Part shown: one piece after another, positions 21,635 to 33,577 of the stretch
Numbering within the stretch: the stretch's first letter is position 1
How the letters are laid out: each line of letters opens with the position of its first letter
Source: an uncultured SAR86 cluster bacterium
GTDB taxonomy: Bacteria > Pseudomonadota > Gammaproteobacteria > Magnimaribacterales > D2472
DNA length: 64,000 nucleotides
NCBI GenBank assembly: GCA_902595065.1
Contig: CACJOM010000001.1
Coordinates: 67,463 to 131,462 of the forward strand
Direction of reading: 5' to 3'
Notes under the pieces: generated by a model
What the model was told of the DNA's origin: nothing
Seen by the model: only the letters and a program-made list of their open reading frames with translations
Database searches by the model: none
Made by a program: the position numbers and the translations under genes

Positions 21635-22996
21635 TTATTTCTTTTCTTCTAAAAGTGAGCGAGCATTTGCAATAATTGAAGAATTTTTTGAATTAGATAT
21701 TAGCTTATCTAAAATTTTCTCCGCACTATCCCAATCATCCATTTCAATGTAAGTTCTAACCAAATCTAATTCTTGAGTTTCAATATCATTAGAGATGCTC
21801 AAATTAGTTTGAAAGGTATTATTTTCATCCTGCAAGTCTTCTGCCACAGCAGCTCTGGTGAATGAAGGTCGCTTGCTTGATCTGATAAGTATGTATGCGA
21901 TCGCAAAGCCTGCAAGCAAAGATAAAACACCTACCCAAAATAGATCTTTAATGTCAAAACCTTGAGAATTTTTTAAGTCCCTAGGTTCTTTTAAAAGATC
22001 AGCCTCAGATTGCAATTTAATAATGGACGTATTTTTTGCAACTATTTCTGAAGCATTCAACTGAGAATTGTCTATTTTTTTAATTGGATCAGGTTTTGAC
22101 TGAATGGCTGGACTATTATCAGAATTTTGCTTGCTTTCTGAGTCAGTAAAAATTTCTTGGGGTGCGGTTAATTTTAAAACTGGTCTGATTGCAGCTTCTT
22201 TTGTTTTTTTATTTCTCATGTCCATGAAAGCAATGGATTCCTTTGCAGCAAGCTCTGGGGTTGAAGCAACTAATTCTTGAGAAGGTAATGTAAGATCGAC
22301 ATCCCCTCTTACTCTATTAATATCTTCGTCAATAAATGCATTAGGATTCTCAAGATAAAAGCCCCACATAATTTGATAGATTGAAGCATCATAATTTTGA
22401 CTAACTGATTGTGATACGCTCCATATAGTATCTACCTTCGTGCTTGGGATGCTCTGAGGTTCTTCAATCTTTTCAATATCTTCACTGCTAGGTTTTGCAA
22501 GTGAGAAGGAATTTGAATCATCAATCTCAGAGTCCTGATAATCGGTTTCTTCAGAAAGTATTTTTTCTAAATTATATCGTTGCGGCTCGCCGTAAATTTT
22601 TTTTGCCGGAAGTTTAAAAGAAACTTGTGATTTTACCTTTGGGGCGATGTCATTTTGCGGAAGAAATATAAATATATCTTTTTTTAATTCTTTTTTAATA
22701 TTAAGTCGAAAAGAAATATAGTCTTCTGAGTAATTCTTAGGTATAGCTAAAGTAAGACGTTTGTATTCCTGAAGATTCTCAAACATTCTAAACTCAAAAT
22801 TAAAATCAGATAGCTCATCATCTGATTTGAAATTAGTAAAAGAAATATCATTTTCCCGGAGATTGCTCGTGGAACTGATCCTAATCTTTACTAAAAATAA
22901 TCCCTCTGGGTTAATTTCTACATTAGGGCTTCCAATAATTGTAATTGCAAAAAGACTATGACTTAGCAGCGCAAATAAAAGAAGAAGTTTTTTCAT
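21635..22996 (-). CDS. fimV: FimV/HubP-like polar landmark protein, shortened
   Basis: Signal peptide, LysM-like DTIWSV...NPNAF, single TM, C-terminal LDLVRTYIEMDD; sits between asd and truA. Confidence 0.75.
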   Translation of the reverse strand: MKKLLLLFALLSHSLFAITIIGSPNVEINPEGLFLVKIRISSTSNLRENDISFTNFKSDDELSDFNFEFRMFENLQEYKRLTLAIPKNYSEDYISFRLNIKKELKKDIFIFLPQNDIAPKVKSQVSFKLPAKKIYGEPQRYNLEKILSEETDYQDSEIDDSNSFSLAKPSSEDIEKIEEPQSIPSTKVDTIWSVSQSVSQNYDASIYQIMWGFYLENPNAFIDEDINRVRGDVDLTLPSQELVASTPELAAKESIAFMDMRNKKTKEAAIRPVLKLTAPQEIFTDSESKQNSDNSPAIQSKPDPIKKIDNSQLNASEIVAKNTSIIKLQSEADLLKEPRDLKNSQGFDIKDLFWVGVLSLLAGFAIAYILIRSSKRPSFTRAAVAEDLQDENNTFQTNLSISNDIETQELDLVRTYIEMDDWDSAEKILDKLISNSKNSSIIANARSLLEEKK

Positions 22997-24021
22997 TTCG
23001 CTAAATTAAGACTAAGCAGTTCTTCGCATATCTGAACTGCATTCAAAGCAGCACCTTTCCCATAAACATTGTCAGCAACTACCCACATTGAAATCCATGT
23101 TTCATCGTCTAACTTTTGTGAACGAATTCGTCCAACATAAACGTCCTCAGTATCAGACGCATTTTCAATAGGCGTTGGATACACTCCTTTATTGGGGTCA
23201 TCAAGTACTTTTATGCCAGATGAATTTTCTAAGATTTCAATAATTTCTTCTCGAGATATTTCTTTAGATACCTTGAAAAATACAGCTTCAGAATGGCCAT
23301 TAAATACTGGTACCCTTACACAGGTTGACTGAACTTGAATATTTGGATCAAGAATTTTATGGGTCTCCCAAACTAACTTCATTTCCTCTTTGGTAAAATT
23401 ATTTTCTAAAAATTGATCACATTGAGGAATAACATTAAAAGCTATTTGTTTAGGATATACATTTGATTGACCTGCCGTATCAGCAAAATACGTTTGATTA
23501 TGAAGCTCCTCTAGCGCAGCTTTTCCAGTTCCTGAAACTGCCTGATATGTAGCAACATTTAAAAACTTGATTTCTGCACGATCATGAATAGGTTTTAAAG
23601 CCATAAGTAATTGGGCTGTAGAACAGTTTGGATTAGCTATGAGAGATGGCTTTGAGAGACTCTTAAGAATAGCTCCGTTAATTTCTGGGATAATTAAAGG
23701 AACGTCATCCTCATATCTAAAATTAGAGGACAGATCAATCACAAAACTTTCAGCAGCAACAAAGCTTCTTGCATATTTTTCTGCAACGCTGGATCCTGCA
23801 GAAAATATAATAAATTGCCCTTTTTCTGGAATGAAGTTGTCCAATGATTCAACTTGATATTGATTGTTATTAAATTCAATAAATGATCCCACTGTTGAAT
23901 TGCCAAGAGGAAAAAATTTATCAACAGGAAATGCTCTTGTTTCTAGCAATTGGATAATTTTTGTTCCAACAACACCAGATGCACCTACCAATGCAATAGA
24001 TACCCCCTTATTCATGCTCAT
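22993..24021 (-). CDS. asd: Aspartate-semialdehyde dehydrogenase
   Basis: GASGVVG, NPNCST, YQAVSGTG, CVRVPVFNGH, KGAALNAVQI. Confidence 0.93.
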   Translation of the reverse strand: MSMNKGVSIALVGASGVVGTKIIQLLETRAFPVDKFFPLGNSTVGSFIEFNNNQYQVESLDNFIPEKGQFIIFSAGSSVAEKYARSFVAAESFVIDLSSNFRYEDDVPLIIPEINGAILKSLSKPSLIANPNCSTAQLLMALKPIHDRAEIKFLNVATYQAVSGTGKAALEELHNQTYFADTAGQSNVYPKQIAFNVIPQCDQFLENNFTKEEMKLVWETHKILDPNIQVQSTCVRVPVFNGHSEAVFFKVSKEISREEIIEILENSSGIKVLDDPNKGVYPTPIENASDTEDVYVGRIRSQKLDDETWISMWVVADNVYGKGAALNAVQICEELLSLNLAK

Positions 24022-25090
24022 CCTTTAATATGTTGATTATAGATGGGGCAACTTCTTTAGTTTTAATAAACTCCTTAGAGGTGGAAATATCTTTTGTTCT
24101 CAAACCTTTGCTAATAAAAATTTTTATTGCTGATTCAATTCTTCTAGCTAGATCAACTCTTTCAAGAGAGTACTCAAAGGCCATTGCAAGAGAAGCAATC
24201 ATTGCAATTGGATTAGCAATGCCTTGACCAGCAATGTCTGGTGCACTCCCATGACATGGTTCATACATGCCCTGAGACGAACTATTTAGAGATGCAGAGG
24301 GAAGCATTCCAATGGAACCGCTTAAAGTAGCTGCTATGTCTGAAAGCATATCTCCAAAAAGATTTCCAGAAACAATCACATCATATTGATTTGGATTGAG
24401 CACTAATTGCATGGCAGTATTATCGGCAAGCTGATGAGAAAGCTCGACCTCTGGATACTCAGAACTCATTTCAGAAACTATGCTTCTCCAGAATTTTGAA
24501 ACTTCTAAAACATTTGCTTTTTCAACAGAACAAAGCTTCTTATCTCGATTCATGGCAGCTTCAAAAGCGACTTTTGCAATTCTTCTAATCTCATCTTCGT
24601 TATAGATCATAGTATTAAAACCATATTTAGGAGTTTCATTTTCAACAATACCTCTTGGCTCTCCAAAATATACTCCGCCGGTCAGTTCTCGTACTATTAG
24701 AATATCTAAATTTTCTATAATGTGATTTTTTAGTGGGGATGCAGATGCAAGCTCATTGAATAAGAACGCAGGCCTAAGATTAGCAAACAAACCAAGAGAT
24801 TTACGTAATCCTAGCAAAGCTTGCTCTGGTCGATCACCCCACTCAAGATTATCCCACTGCGGTCCCCCAACAGCTCCAAATAAAATTGCATCGGAGTTTT
24901 GTGCAATATTAAGAGTTTCATCAGTTAAAGGTGTACCAAATTCTTCATAAGAGGATCCACCAACTTTTCTCTCTGATATTTGAAAGTCTAGGCTTTGCTC
25001 ATCGATTAGATAATGCAAAACTTCACTCATTGAAGAGGTAACTTCTTGACCTATACCGTCTCCAGGAAGAATTAATATTTTTTTTGTCAT
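24008..25090 (-). CDS. leuB: 3-isopropylmalate dehydrogenase
   Basis: PGDGIGQE, NLRPA, RELTGG-YFG, NLFGDMLSD, EPCHGSAPDIAG. Confidence 0.98.
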   Translation of the reverse strand: MTKKILILPGDGIGQEVTSSMSEVLHYLIDEQSLDFQISERKVGGSSYEEFGTPLTDETLNIAQNSDAILFGAVGGPQWDNLEWGDRPEQALLGLRKSLGLFANLRPAFLFNELASASPLKNHIIENLDILIVRELTGGVYFGEPRGIVENETPKYGFNTMIYNEDEIRRIAKVAFEAAMNRDKKLCSVEKANVLEVSKFWRSIVSEMSSEYPEVELSHQLADNTAMQLVLNPNQYDVIVSGNLFGDMLSDIAATLSGSIGMLPSASLNSSSQGMYEPCHGSAPDIAGQGIANPIAMIASLAMAFEYSLERVDLARRIESAIKIFISKGLRTKDISTSKEFIKTKEVAPSIINILKDEHE

Positions 25091-25098
25091 TATTTCAC

Positions 25099-25740
25099 TT
25101 AGTTACTGTAATCAAAAAGCCAAGGTCTTTGGTTTCTTCTTTTTTGCTCGAAAGCTTGAATATGCTTTTTATGTTTTAAAGTCATATCAACATCATCTAA
25201 ATTATTAATAATTCGATCAAGTAGGCTATCCTTAACATCAAACATATATGAAGAGTCGTCTTTATACTTGAGCTCTTTTTTTAATAAATCAATTTCAAAG
25301 CTAACTGGTGCAAAGTTAGAAACCTCAAAAAGATGATTAATTTGTTCTTTCGAAAGTTTAATTGGAAGAACTGAATTCTTAAAACAATTATTGTAAAAAA
25401 TATCTCCAAAAGAGCTAGCAATGACTGACTTAAAACCAAAATCTCTTAATGCCCAGACAGCATGTTCTCTACTTGAGCCGCAACCAAAATTATCCCTAGT
25501 TAATAAAATTTTAGCATTTGTATAAGGCTCTTTATTTAAAATAAAATCATTGTTCTTAGACCGATCATCTGCGGTCATATCTAATCGTCCTTCGTCTAAA
25601 TATCTCCATCCATCAAAAAGAAAATCTCCAAAGCCAAATTTTTTAATAGATTTAAGATACTCAGTTGGAATAATTTGATCAGTATCAATATTATCTCTAT
25701 CAAAAGTTGCTACGATACCCGTAATAATTGAATTACTCAT
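25099..25740 (-). CDS. leuD: 3-isopropylmalate dehydratase small subunit
   Basis: [28 protein letters not shown]. Confidence 0.98.
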   Translation of the reverse strand: MSNSIITGIVATFDRDNIDTDQIIPTEYLKSIKKFGFGDFLFDGWRYLDEGRLDMTADDRSKNNDFILNKEPYTNAKILLTRDNFGCGSSREHAVWALRDFGFKSVIASSFGDIFYNNCFKNSVLPIKLSKEQINHLFEVSNFAPVSFEIDLLKKELKYKDDSSYMFDVKDSLLDRIINNLDDVDMTLKHKKHIQAFEQKRRNQRPWLFDYSN

Positions 25741-27137
25741 GATGGGTCAGTTATTCTACCGTTTATTGCTGTTAATGCTGCCATCAAAGGACTCATTAAA
25801 TGAGTTCTTCCAAGATTGCCTTGTCTACCTTCAAAATTTCTATTGGAAGTTGATGCACAACGTTCATAAGGCTTTAATTGATCGGGGTTCATTCCTAAAC
25901 ACATAGAGCAACCAGGATCGCGCCATAAAAAGCCCGCTTCAATAAAAATTTTATCAAGGCCTTCATCTTCTGCCTGCGCTTTGACCATACCTGAACCAGG
26001 TACCACTATAGCTTCAGTGATATCTTTTGAAATTTTCTTTCCCTCTATTGCAGATGCTGCATCACGCAAGTCCTCAATTCGTGAGTTAGTACAAGAACCA
26101 ATAAAAATTTTATCAAAACTTAAATCTTGCAGAGACTTTGATCCATCGAGACCCATGTAGGCTTTAGCAAGCAATAAATTCTCATGATTTGATTCATCTA
26201 CATCCTCTTGAGATGGAATCTCTGCATCAAAATCTATGGTCATTTCAGGAGAAGTGCCCCAAGTAACTTGTGGCTTTATCTTTGAGACATCGATATTAAT
26301 TGTTTGATCAAAATTTGCATCTGAATCTGATTTTAAAGTCTCCCAATATTCGCAAGCCTGACTAAAGATTGAGTCCGACAAATTAGAATGCTTTTTAACA
26401 TAATCCAAGGTGGTTGCATCAACCTCAACAAGGCCAACCTTAGCTCCAGCTTCAATAGCCATATTGCAAATTGTCATCCTAGATTCCATTGAAGCGGATT
26501 TAATATATGAGCCTGAAAACTCAATAGCATGACCTGTACCTCCAGCAGTTCCAATTAATTTGATTAAATGCAAAACAATATCTTTTGAGGTAACACCTTT
26601 TTGCAGACTACCATTAAAATTAATTTGCATGTTTCTTAGCTTAGTGATTTTTAAACATTGAGTTGCTAAAACATGTTCGACTTCGGATGTTCCTATACCC
26701 ATGGCTAAACAACCAAATGCACCATGTGTTGAAGTGTGAGAGTCACCACATACAATTGTCATGCCAGGAAGTGTGTACCCAAGCTCAGGACCCATAACAT
26801 GAACTATTCCTTGTTTATTTGAAGTTATATCAAATTGATGTATGCCAAAATTGTTACAGTTTTTATCAAGCTCAACCACTTGAATTTTAGCCACTTGATC
26901 TTTAATTAATTCAGCATTAAATGCATCCCCTCGATCAGTAGGAACATTGTGATCTGGAGTGGCAACGTTTGCATCAAGTCGCCATGGTCTTAGATTCTTG
27001 TGCCTTAGCCCTTCAAAGGCTTGAGGCGAAGTAACCTCATGAAGATAATGCCTATCAATGTAAATTAATGACTCGTTGGTATCCTCAGTTTGGACTAGAT
27101 GCTCATCCCAGAGCTTGTCATATAGAGTAGCAGGCAT
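25737..27137 (-). CDS. leuC: 3-isopropylmalate dehydratase large subunit
   Basis: [36 protein letters not shown]. Confidence 0.98.
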   Translation of the reverse strand: MPATLYDKLWDEHLVQTEDTNESLIYIDRHYLHEVTSPQAFEGLRHKNLRPWRLDANVATPDHNVPTDRGDAFNAELIKDQVAKIQVVELDKNCNNFGIHQFDITSNKQGIVHVMGPELGYTLPGMTIVCGDSHTSTHGAFGCLAMGIGTSEVEHVLATQCLKITKLRNMQINFNGSLQKGVTSKDIVLHLIKLIGTAGGTGHAIEFSGSYIKSASMESRMTICNMAIEAGAKVGLVEVDATTLDYVKKHSNLSDSIFSQACEYWETLKSDSDANFDQTINIDVSKIKPQVTWGTSPEMTIDFDAEIPSQEDVDESNHENLLLAKAYMGLDGSKSLQDLSFDKIFIGSCTNSRIEDLRDAASAIEGKKISKDITEAIVVPGSGMVKAQAEDEGLDKIFIEAGFLWRDPGCSMCLGMNPDQLKPYERCASTSNRNFEGRQGNLGRTHLMSPLMAALTAINGRITDPS

Positions 27138-27138
27138 C

Positions 27139-28224
27139 TTATTTTTTAAACGGCGTTGATTGATTAATTTTTCCGCACTGAGCTTGGTTTCTTAGAAAGT
27201 GATCCATAATAACCAAATTTACCATAGCCTCTGCAATAGGAACTGCTCGAATCCCAACACATGGGTCATGTCGACCTGTTACTTCAACCTCTACTTCGTC
27301 ACCAGCAGCATTAATGGTCTGGCCTTTTGATTTTATGCTGGATGTTGGTTTGATAATAAACTCTAACTCAATCAGATCTCCATTTGTTATCCCACCCAAG
27401 ATCCCTCCAGCATTGTTTGATTTAAAGCCATCTTGTGTCATCTCATCTCTTACTTCAGAGCCTTTAAGGTCTAAAATATTGTGAGTATTACCAATACTGA
27501 CAGATTTGACGGCATTGATGCTCATAATAGCTTTTGCTAAATCTGCATCAAGTTTGTCAAAAACTGGTTCGCCAAGACCAATAGGACAATTTATAACTTT
27601 AACTCCAAGCTTTGCTCCAACTGAGTTGCCCTCTTCAATTAGTTCATCAAACATAGAATTAAGAGCGTCTAACTTAGAATCATCGGCAAAAAAATACTTG
27701 TTCGATTTAGCATTTTTTAAATTGATGGTGTCTGCTGAAATAGCGCCTATTTGACTAACATAACCCTCAACATGAATACCATGCTGATTAAGATATTTTT
27801 TAGCAATTGCTCCTGCTGCTACTCTCATAGCAGTCTCTCGGGCACTTGATCGACCACCACCTCTGTAATCTCGATGACCATATTTTGCTTGATAGGTAAT
27901 ATCAGCATGATTGGGTCGGAAAACATCTTTAATATTAGAGTAATCTTTTGATTTTTGATCTTGGTTGTAAATAATTAGACTGATGGGGGTCCCCAAGGTT
28001 CTGCCCTCAAAAACACCTGACAAAATTTCTACAGTATCATCCTCTTTCCTTTGAGTTGTGACATCAGACTGGCCAGGTTTTCTTCGATTTAGTTCAGATT
28101 GAATATCTTCAGGCGAGAGCTCCAATTGAGGCGGACAACCATCTACAATGCACCCAAGCGCCTTCCCATGGCTTTCCCCAAAAGTTGTAACTTGAAATAA
28201 TTTTCCAAATGTATTCCCTGACAT
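27139..28224 (-). CDS. aroC: Chorismate synthase
   Basis: [29 protein letters not shown]. Confidence 0.98.
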   Translation of the reverse strand: MSGNTFGKLFQVTTFGESHGKALGCIVDGCPPQLELSPEDIQSELNRRKPGQSDVTTQRKEDDTVEILSGVFEGRTLGTPISLIIYNQDQKSKDYSNIKDVFRPNHADITYQAKYGHRDYRGGGRSSARETAMRVAAGAIAKKYLNQHGIHVEGYVSQIGAISADTINLKNAKSNKYFFADDSKLDALNSMFDELIEEGNSVGAKLGVKVINCPIGLGEPVFDKLDADLAKAIMSINAVKSVSIGNTHNILDLKGSEVRDEMTQDGFKSNNAGGILGGITNGDLIELEFIIKPTSSIKSKGQTINAAGDEVEVEVTGRHDPCVGIRAVPIAEAMVNLVIMDHFLRNQAQCGKINQSTPFKK

Positions 28225-28258
28225 ACGCGGAATTATAGACCAAAAAGCTTATTAGAGC

Positions 28259-28948
28259 CTATCTAAGGGTTGATAGACCGCCGTCAATGTTAATTGTTTG
28301 GCCAGTAATCCAATTATCTTTGGCAGAAAAAAGGTTGTATATAACTGCAGCAATCCGAGTTGGATCTCCAATTGTATTGAGCGGATGCTTCTCTTCAGAA
28401 GACTTTAATTTTTTTTCATTATCGATAAGGTGCTCAGCCATTGGAGTATCAGTTAGAGATGGAGCAATGCAATTTACCGCTACTCTTGGAGCAAGCTCAG
28501 CTGATAGACTCCTAGCAAAACCTTCTAGCGCTGACTTTGAAGCCGCAATGGATGAATGGAATGTCATTCCAGTATTGGCGGCTACAGATGAAATAAATAC
28601 TACTGAGGCACCATTGTCTTTTTTTAGATTAGGCAAAACTTTTTTAATAATATTAAAGGCGCCTTCAAAATTAATACTTAAATCCTCTCTTATATCTGAA
28701 ATATCCATTCTTTGAATTGATTTTAGTGAAATTGAACCAGGACAATATAGCAACCCATCAATTGATTCTGGTAAAGAGTCTAAGTCAGACAAATCACCAT
28801 TTGGATCTAATTGAATAAATTTATTTACTGATATATCAATTGGTGATCTCGAGGTAGCAATAATGTTATCCCCCTGTTGAGTAGATAACTTAATAACCTC
28901 TTTACCAATAGCGGAGTTGCAACCTATTATCAAGATATTTTTTTGCAT
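28259..28948 (-). CDS. Atypical SDR-fold oxidoreductase (start ATG 28948; Ile at the catalytic Tyr position)
   Basis: Rossmann start MQKNILIIGCNSAIG, ISSVAA, HSSIAASK, NCIAPSLTDTP, TGQTINIDGG. The longer start in the track overlaps the divergent gene. Confidence 0.85.
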   Translation of the reverse strand: MQKNILIIGCNSAIGKEVIKLSTQQGDNIIATSRSPIDISVNKFIQLDPNGDLSDLDSLPESIDGLLYCPGSISLKSIQRMDISDIREDLSINFEGAFNIIKKVLPNLKKDNGASVVFISSVAANTGMTFHSSIAASKSALEGFARSLSAELAPRVAVNCIAPSLTDTPMAEHLIDNEKKLKSSEEKHPLNTIGDPTRIAAVIYNLFSAKDNWITGQTINIDGGLSTLR

Positions 28949-28982
28949 GATTGTAAAATATTTTTTATGAGAAACTATTACA

Positions 28983-30995
28983 ATGTTATTTGTGATGATA
29001 AAAAAAATTTCAAGTCCTGCCATACTCTTTGCTTTCATAATTCTGATGCAAGGCTCATGTGCAATAAGTAATAAGAATTCAACATACAAAATTAGCAATC
29101 AATACAATGTTTCAATTGATAGAGATTTTTGGGGCATTCCATATATCAAGGGCAAGACTGATCAAGATGTTGCGTATGGAATAGGTTTAGTTCATGCAGA
29201 AGATGCATACGAGGACCTTGTTGAGTTAATGCCTTTGTACCGAGGTAAAAATGCAATTTACAATGGTCTTGATAGCATCGATACAGACTACCTAGTCAGA
29301 TTATTAAAAATTCATTCCAAGGTAAAAGATATTGGGAAACAACAACTCTCTCAAAATATACTTTCGATGGCTCAGGCATATGCGGATGGTGTCAATATGT
29401 ATGCGAATAAACATCCAGATAAAGTAGACCTATCTATTCATCCTGTCACCCAGGATGATGTGCTTGCGGGATCATATATTCAGCATCTATTTTTTGCTGG
29501 TTTAGACAGAGATTTAGCTCAAATGACTGCGCAAGATAAAGCATCCATTCCAACGGGTTCAAATGCAATAGCAATTAATTCTACGAAAACAGATTCAAAT
29601 GCCTCGTACCTACTTATCAACTCTCATCAACCCTTATCGGGACCAGTTGGTTGGTATGAATTAAATATTGAGAGCGAATCCGGATGGCATGGGCACGGTG
29701 GCAACTTTCCAGGATCTTTTTTAATAAATGTTGGTTTCAATAAAAACATTGGTTGGGGCGCAACTGTAAATCGTCCTGATGTTATGGATATTTTTGAACT
29801 AACAATAAATCCAAATAATGCCGATCAATATTTACTTGATGATAAATGGGAATCATTTGAAATCGAAGAGGATAAGTTAGCATTTAAACTTTTTGGTTTT
29901 TTGAGATGGAGCACAAAACAAAAATTTAGATATTCAAAATTTGGTCCTGTAATAGAGATTAATGGAAAATATTTTGCTCTTAGGCATATTAACCAGAGCT
30001 CTTTCAATGAAATAGAGGGTTGGTATGAAATAAGCAAGACAAGAAATGTATATGAATTTGAGAAGCAACTTGCAAAAAGAAAAATACCCAGCTTTAATTT
30101 TGTGACAATGGATTCCGATAGAAATATTGGATATTTTTATAATGGAAGAATCCCAAATCGGAATGATGCCTTGAAAGCAAGACAGATTATAAGCAGCTCT
30201 AGCTCGAAAGATATTTGGGATGAAAAGGACTTAGTGAACAATCTTCCTAAATTTATTAATCCTTCAAATGGTTGGATTCAAAGCACAAATCAGAATCCAT
30301 TTTCGGTAATGGGGGAGCATTCTTTAAAAGAAAAATCAATGAAAAAGAATGTACATTTTGAACAAAGACTTACAAATAGATCTTATGTTGCTAATGAACT
30401 TCTTTCCATTAATGAGAGCATTGATCTTGATAAATTTATTGCAATTAAGTTTGATAATTCCTACTCAAAAAATTCACGGCAATATAAATATCTAGAATCA
30501 ATCATGGAATACGACACAAATCTTAAGCTGGCAATGCAAAAATGGAATGGAAAAACTGACTTTAACAATACTAATGCTTCCCTGGGTATGTGTTTTATGG
30601 CTCAAGAATGGATTTCAGAAATGAATAGTAAGCCTACACCAACCTATCAAGCAGCAAAAAAAGAATGCGACAGCTTATTTAAAGAAATTCAAAGAAACTA
30701 TACCGATCCATGGAGTGAAATTAATACCATTTCAAGAGGATCTAGAACCTATCCAATTCAAGGCTCGGTCGATACACTAAGAGCCGTTTATGGATCACCA
30801 AACTCTGATACTAAAAGTTTAAACATGTCAGGAGGTGATGGTTTATTTTTTATTATTGCCGAAGAAGACAGCGGCAAAGTAATTTATGGCATGCATAACT
30901 ATGGATCATCAAGGAATGAATCTTCAGTTCATTACTCAGACCAGACATTTTTATTTAGCCAAGAAGCTCTAAGGTTTATACCAACAAGCCTTTAA
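28983..30995 (+). CDS. Penicillin acylase family Ntn-hydrolase (secreted acylase; start may be 28992/28995)
   Basis: [22 protein letters not shown], beta-chain start GSNAIAI, INSHQP, N-terminal signal-like segment. Confidence 0.88.
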   Translation: MLFVMIKKISSPAILFAFIILMQGSCAISNKNSTYKISNQYNVSIDRDFWGIPYIKGKTDQDVAYGIGLVHAEDAYEDLVELMPLYRGKNAIYNGLDSIDTDYLVRLLKIHSKVKDIGKQQLSQNILSMAQAYADGVNMYANKHPDKVDLSIHPVTQDDVLAGSYIQHLFFAGLDRDLAQMTAQDKASIPTGSNAIAINSTKTDSNASYLLINSHQPLSGPVGWYELNIESESGWHGHGGNFPGSFLINVGFNKNIGWGATVNRPDVMDIFELTINPNNADQYLLDDKWESFEIEEDKLAFKLFGFLRWSTKQKFRYSKFGPVIEINGKYFALRHINQSSFNEIEGWYEISKTRNVYEFEKQLAKRKIPSFNFVTMDSDRNIGYFYNGRIPNRNDALKARQIISSSSSKDIWDEKDLVNNLPKFINPSNGWIQSTNQNPFSVMGEHSLKEKSMKKNVHFEQRLTNRSYVANELLSINESIDLDKFIAIKFDNSYSKNSRQYKYLESIMEYDTNLKLAMQKWNGKTDFNNTNASLGMCFMAQEWISEMNSKPTPTYQAAKKECDSLFKEIQRNYTDPWSEINTISRGSRTYPIQGSVDTLRAVYGSPNSDTKSLNMSGGDGLFFIIAEEDSGKVIYGMHNYGSSRNESSVHYSDQTFLFSQEALRFIPTSL

Positions 30996-32452
30996 AAAGA
31001 GTTTTCTTTTACAGCAAACAATTCTTGAAAATCTAAGACGCTCATAGCCTCAAGCTGATCTTGATCAAGGCATTTTGATAAAATAGAATTCACTTTTTCA
31101 TCTTCAAAAATCTTCCCAAGATTATTCTTAAATTTATTTTCTAGAACTGGAATTCCTTCCTCTCTTCTGCGTTTATGACCTATAGGATATTCGACCTCGA
31201 TAGCATCTGTTGAAGAACCATCACTGAAGAATATTTGAATTTTATTTGCTATAGATCTTTTATCAGCCTCTAGATATTCTTCTGTATATCTTTTGTCTTC
31301 TTTGATTGTCATCTTTTCTCTGAGCGCATCCACCCTTGGGTCACTGGCAACATCATCTTCATAATGTTCTGCTATAAGATCGCCATGAATTAATCCTATT
31401 GCAATCATGTATTGCAAACAATGATCTCTGTCGGCTGGATTATTTAACTTACCAGATTTAGAAATTATTCTTATCGCAGATTCATGCGTAGTGACTTCAA
31501 TATTTGAAATTTCATCTAACCTATCTTTAATTTGAGGATGAAGTGAAACTGCAGCTTCAACAGCTGTTTGCGCATGAAATTCAGCAGGGAAACTAATCTT
31601 AAAGAGAACATTCTCCATAACGTATGAACCAAAAGGCTGGCTTAATGAAAGTTTTTCACCCTTAAATGAAACATCTTCAAAGCCCCATGTTGGAGCGGAT
31701 AAAACACTGGGATATCCCATTTCTCCAGAAAGGGTAATGAGTGCCAGCCTAACCGCTCTGCTAGTGGCATCCCCGGCAGCCCAGCTTTTCCTAGAACCAG
31801 CATTAGGAGCGTGACGATAGGTTCTTAGGCTTTGTCCATCTACCCATGCTTGACTAACAGCATCCATAATTTGATCAGTGTTCCCTCCAAGCAACTTTGT
31901 AACAACGGCTGTTGATGCAACTTTTACAAGCACAACATGATCGAGGCCAACCCGATTAAAACTATTTGTAAGAGCTAATACCCCTTGTATTTCGTGAGCC
32001 ATAATCATGCTCTCCAATACATCTCGCATTGTTAAAGGATCTTTTCCAGCAGCAACATTTTCTTGAGAAACGTAATCAGCTATTGAAAGAATGGCTCCCA
32101 AATTATCAGAAGGATGTCCCCATTCGGCAGCTAACCAAGTGTCGTTATAATCAAGCCATCGAATAATACATCCTATATCAAATGCTCCTTTCACAGGATC
32201 AAGTAAAAAATTAGTTCCTGGAACTCTGACGCCATTGGGTACACTGGTGCCTGGAACAATAGGACCAAGCATTTTGGTGCACGCTGGAAAGGTTAATGCC
32301 AATAAACCGCATCCAATGGTATCAATCAAGCAGTTTCGAGCAGTTGAAAGAGCAAGCTCAGAATTAATATCTTGCTTTGATACATATTCTGCAATTTCTA
32401 CAAGCAAAGAGTCAGGACCTGACCTTATATTCAGCTCAACATTATTTGACAT
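30992..32452 (-). CDS. prpD: 2-methylcitrate dehydratase
   Basis: [45 protein letters not shown]. Confidence 0.97.
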   Translation of the reverse strand: MSNNVELNIRSGPDSLLVEIAEYVSKQDINSELALSTARNCLIDTIGCGLLALTFPACTKMLGPIVPGTSVPNGVRVPGTNFLLDPVKGAFDIGCIIRWLDYNDTWLAAEWGHPSDNLGAILSIADYVSQENVAAGKDPLTMRDVLESMIMAHEIQGVLALTNSFNRVGLDHVVLVKVASTAVVTKLLGGNTDQIMDAVSQAWVDGQSLRTYRHAPNAGSRKSWAAGDATSRAVRLALITLSGEMGYPSVLSAPTWGFEDVSFKGEKLSLSQPFGSYVMENVLFKISFPAEFHAQTAVEAAVSLHPQIKDRLDEISNIEVTTHESAIRIISKSGKLNNPADRDHCLQYMIAIGLIHGDLIAEHYEDDVASDPRVDALREKMTIKEDKRYTEEYLEADKRSIANKIQIFFSDGSSTDAIEVEYPIGHKRRREEGIPVLENKFKNNLGKIFEDEKVNSILSKCLDQDQLEAMSVLDFQELFAVKENSF

Positions 32453-32455
32453 GAT

Positions 32456-33577
32456 TTACTCCCTATCTTCTATATCAACCCAAACAGAAGTCTCGGGGCC
32501 TGTATATTCTGCACTTGGTCTAATAATTCTATTATTGGCTCTTTGCTCCATGCAGTGAGCGGTCCATCCTGTTACTCGTGACATGACAAAGATTGGAGTA
32601 AAGAGTTTTGTAGGAATTCCTAGATAGAAATAGGCAGAAGCATGAAAAAAATCTGCATTGGGAAATAATTTCTTTTCATCCCACATTACCTTCTCGACTT
32701 CTTCTGAGACCTGATACAAGGAATCATCTCCGTATTCTTGAGATAACTCTTTAGAAAATTCTTTTATTACAGCGTTTCTTGGATCTCTTTCAGAGTAAAT
32801 GGCATGACCAAAACCCATGATTTTTCCCTTGTTAGCAAGCATATCCAAGATATTTGCTTTTGCTTCATCTCTTGTCTTCCAGTTTTCAATCATTTCCATT
32901 GCAGCTTCATTAGCTCCACCATGCAGAGGGCCTTTTAAGGAACCTATAGCGGCTACAACACAAGAAAATATATCTGACATTGTGGACGCACAGACTCTAG
33001 CAGTAAAAGTAGATGCATTAAATTCATGCTCAGCATATAAAACCAAAGAAGCATCCATGACTCGCCTATGAAGATCTGACGGAGACTTACCATGAAGTAT
33101 GTGTAGAAAATGACCGGCCATTGTATCTTCATCATTTACCAAACTAATATCTTCACCATCATGAGAAAACTTATACCAGTAAGTCACTATCGATGGCATG
33201 GTTGCAACCATTCGATTGATAGAATCCATTTGAGCATCCATAGACTCCTCGGGCTCAAGATTTCCCAGCATCGAACATCCGGTTGCCATTACCGCCATTG
33301 GGTGAGCTGATGCAGGAATTTCTCTAAGAACTTTCTTCAAAGAATCAGGGAGATCTCTTAAACTTTTTAATAGAGATTTATAATCTGATAATTCTGACGC
33401 ATTTGGCAATTTGCCATAAAGAAGAAGGTAAGCAACCTCCTCAAATGTTCCTTTTTCAGCTAATGTCTCAATTTTATGACCTCTGTAAGCCAACCCTTCT
33501 TCTTGCCCAACCGTACAAAGTGATGTCTCACCTGCAACTTGACCTCGAAGCCCAGCACCCTCTAACTTCTTAACCAT
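32456..33577 (-). CDS. prpC: 2-methylcitrate synthase
   Basis: GAGLRGQVAG, YAEHEFNASTF, GPLHGGANE, GFGHAIY; lies between prpB and prpD. Confidence 0.95.
   Translation of the reverse strand: MVKKLEGAGLRGQVAGETSLCTVGQEEGLAYRGHKIETLAEKGTFEEVAYLLLYGKLPNASELSDYKSLLKSLRDLPDSLKKVLREIPASAHPMAVMATGCSMLGNLEPEESMDAQMDSINRMVATMPSIVTYWYKFSHDGEDISLVNDEDTMAGHFLHILHGKSPSDLHRRVMDASLVLYAEHEFNASTFTARVCASTMSDIFSCVVAAIGSLKGPLHGGANEAAMEMIENWKTRDEAKANILDMLANKGKIMGFGHAIYSERDPRNAVIKEFSKELSQEYGDDSLYQVSEEVEKVMWDEKKLFPNADFFHASAYFYLGIPTKLFTPIFVMSRVTGWTAHCMEQRANNRIIRPSAEYTGPETSVWVDIEDRE

Noticed and set aside
28951-28983. TTGTAA-N21-TTACAA inverted repeat between the SDR and acylase
   Set aside because: Different arms and spacing from the GGTAAT motif, very AT-rich, and seen once; it may just reflect promoter hexamers.
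28949-29098. 50-aa N-terminal extension of the SDR in the ORF track
   Set aside because: It overlaps the divergent acylase head-to-head, and the Rossmann motif starts right after ATG 28948.
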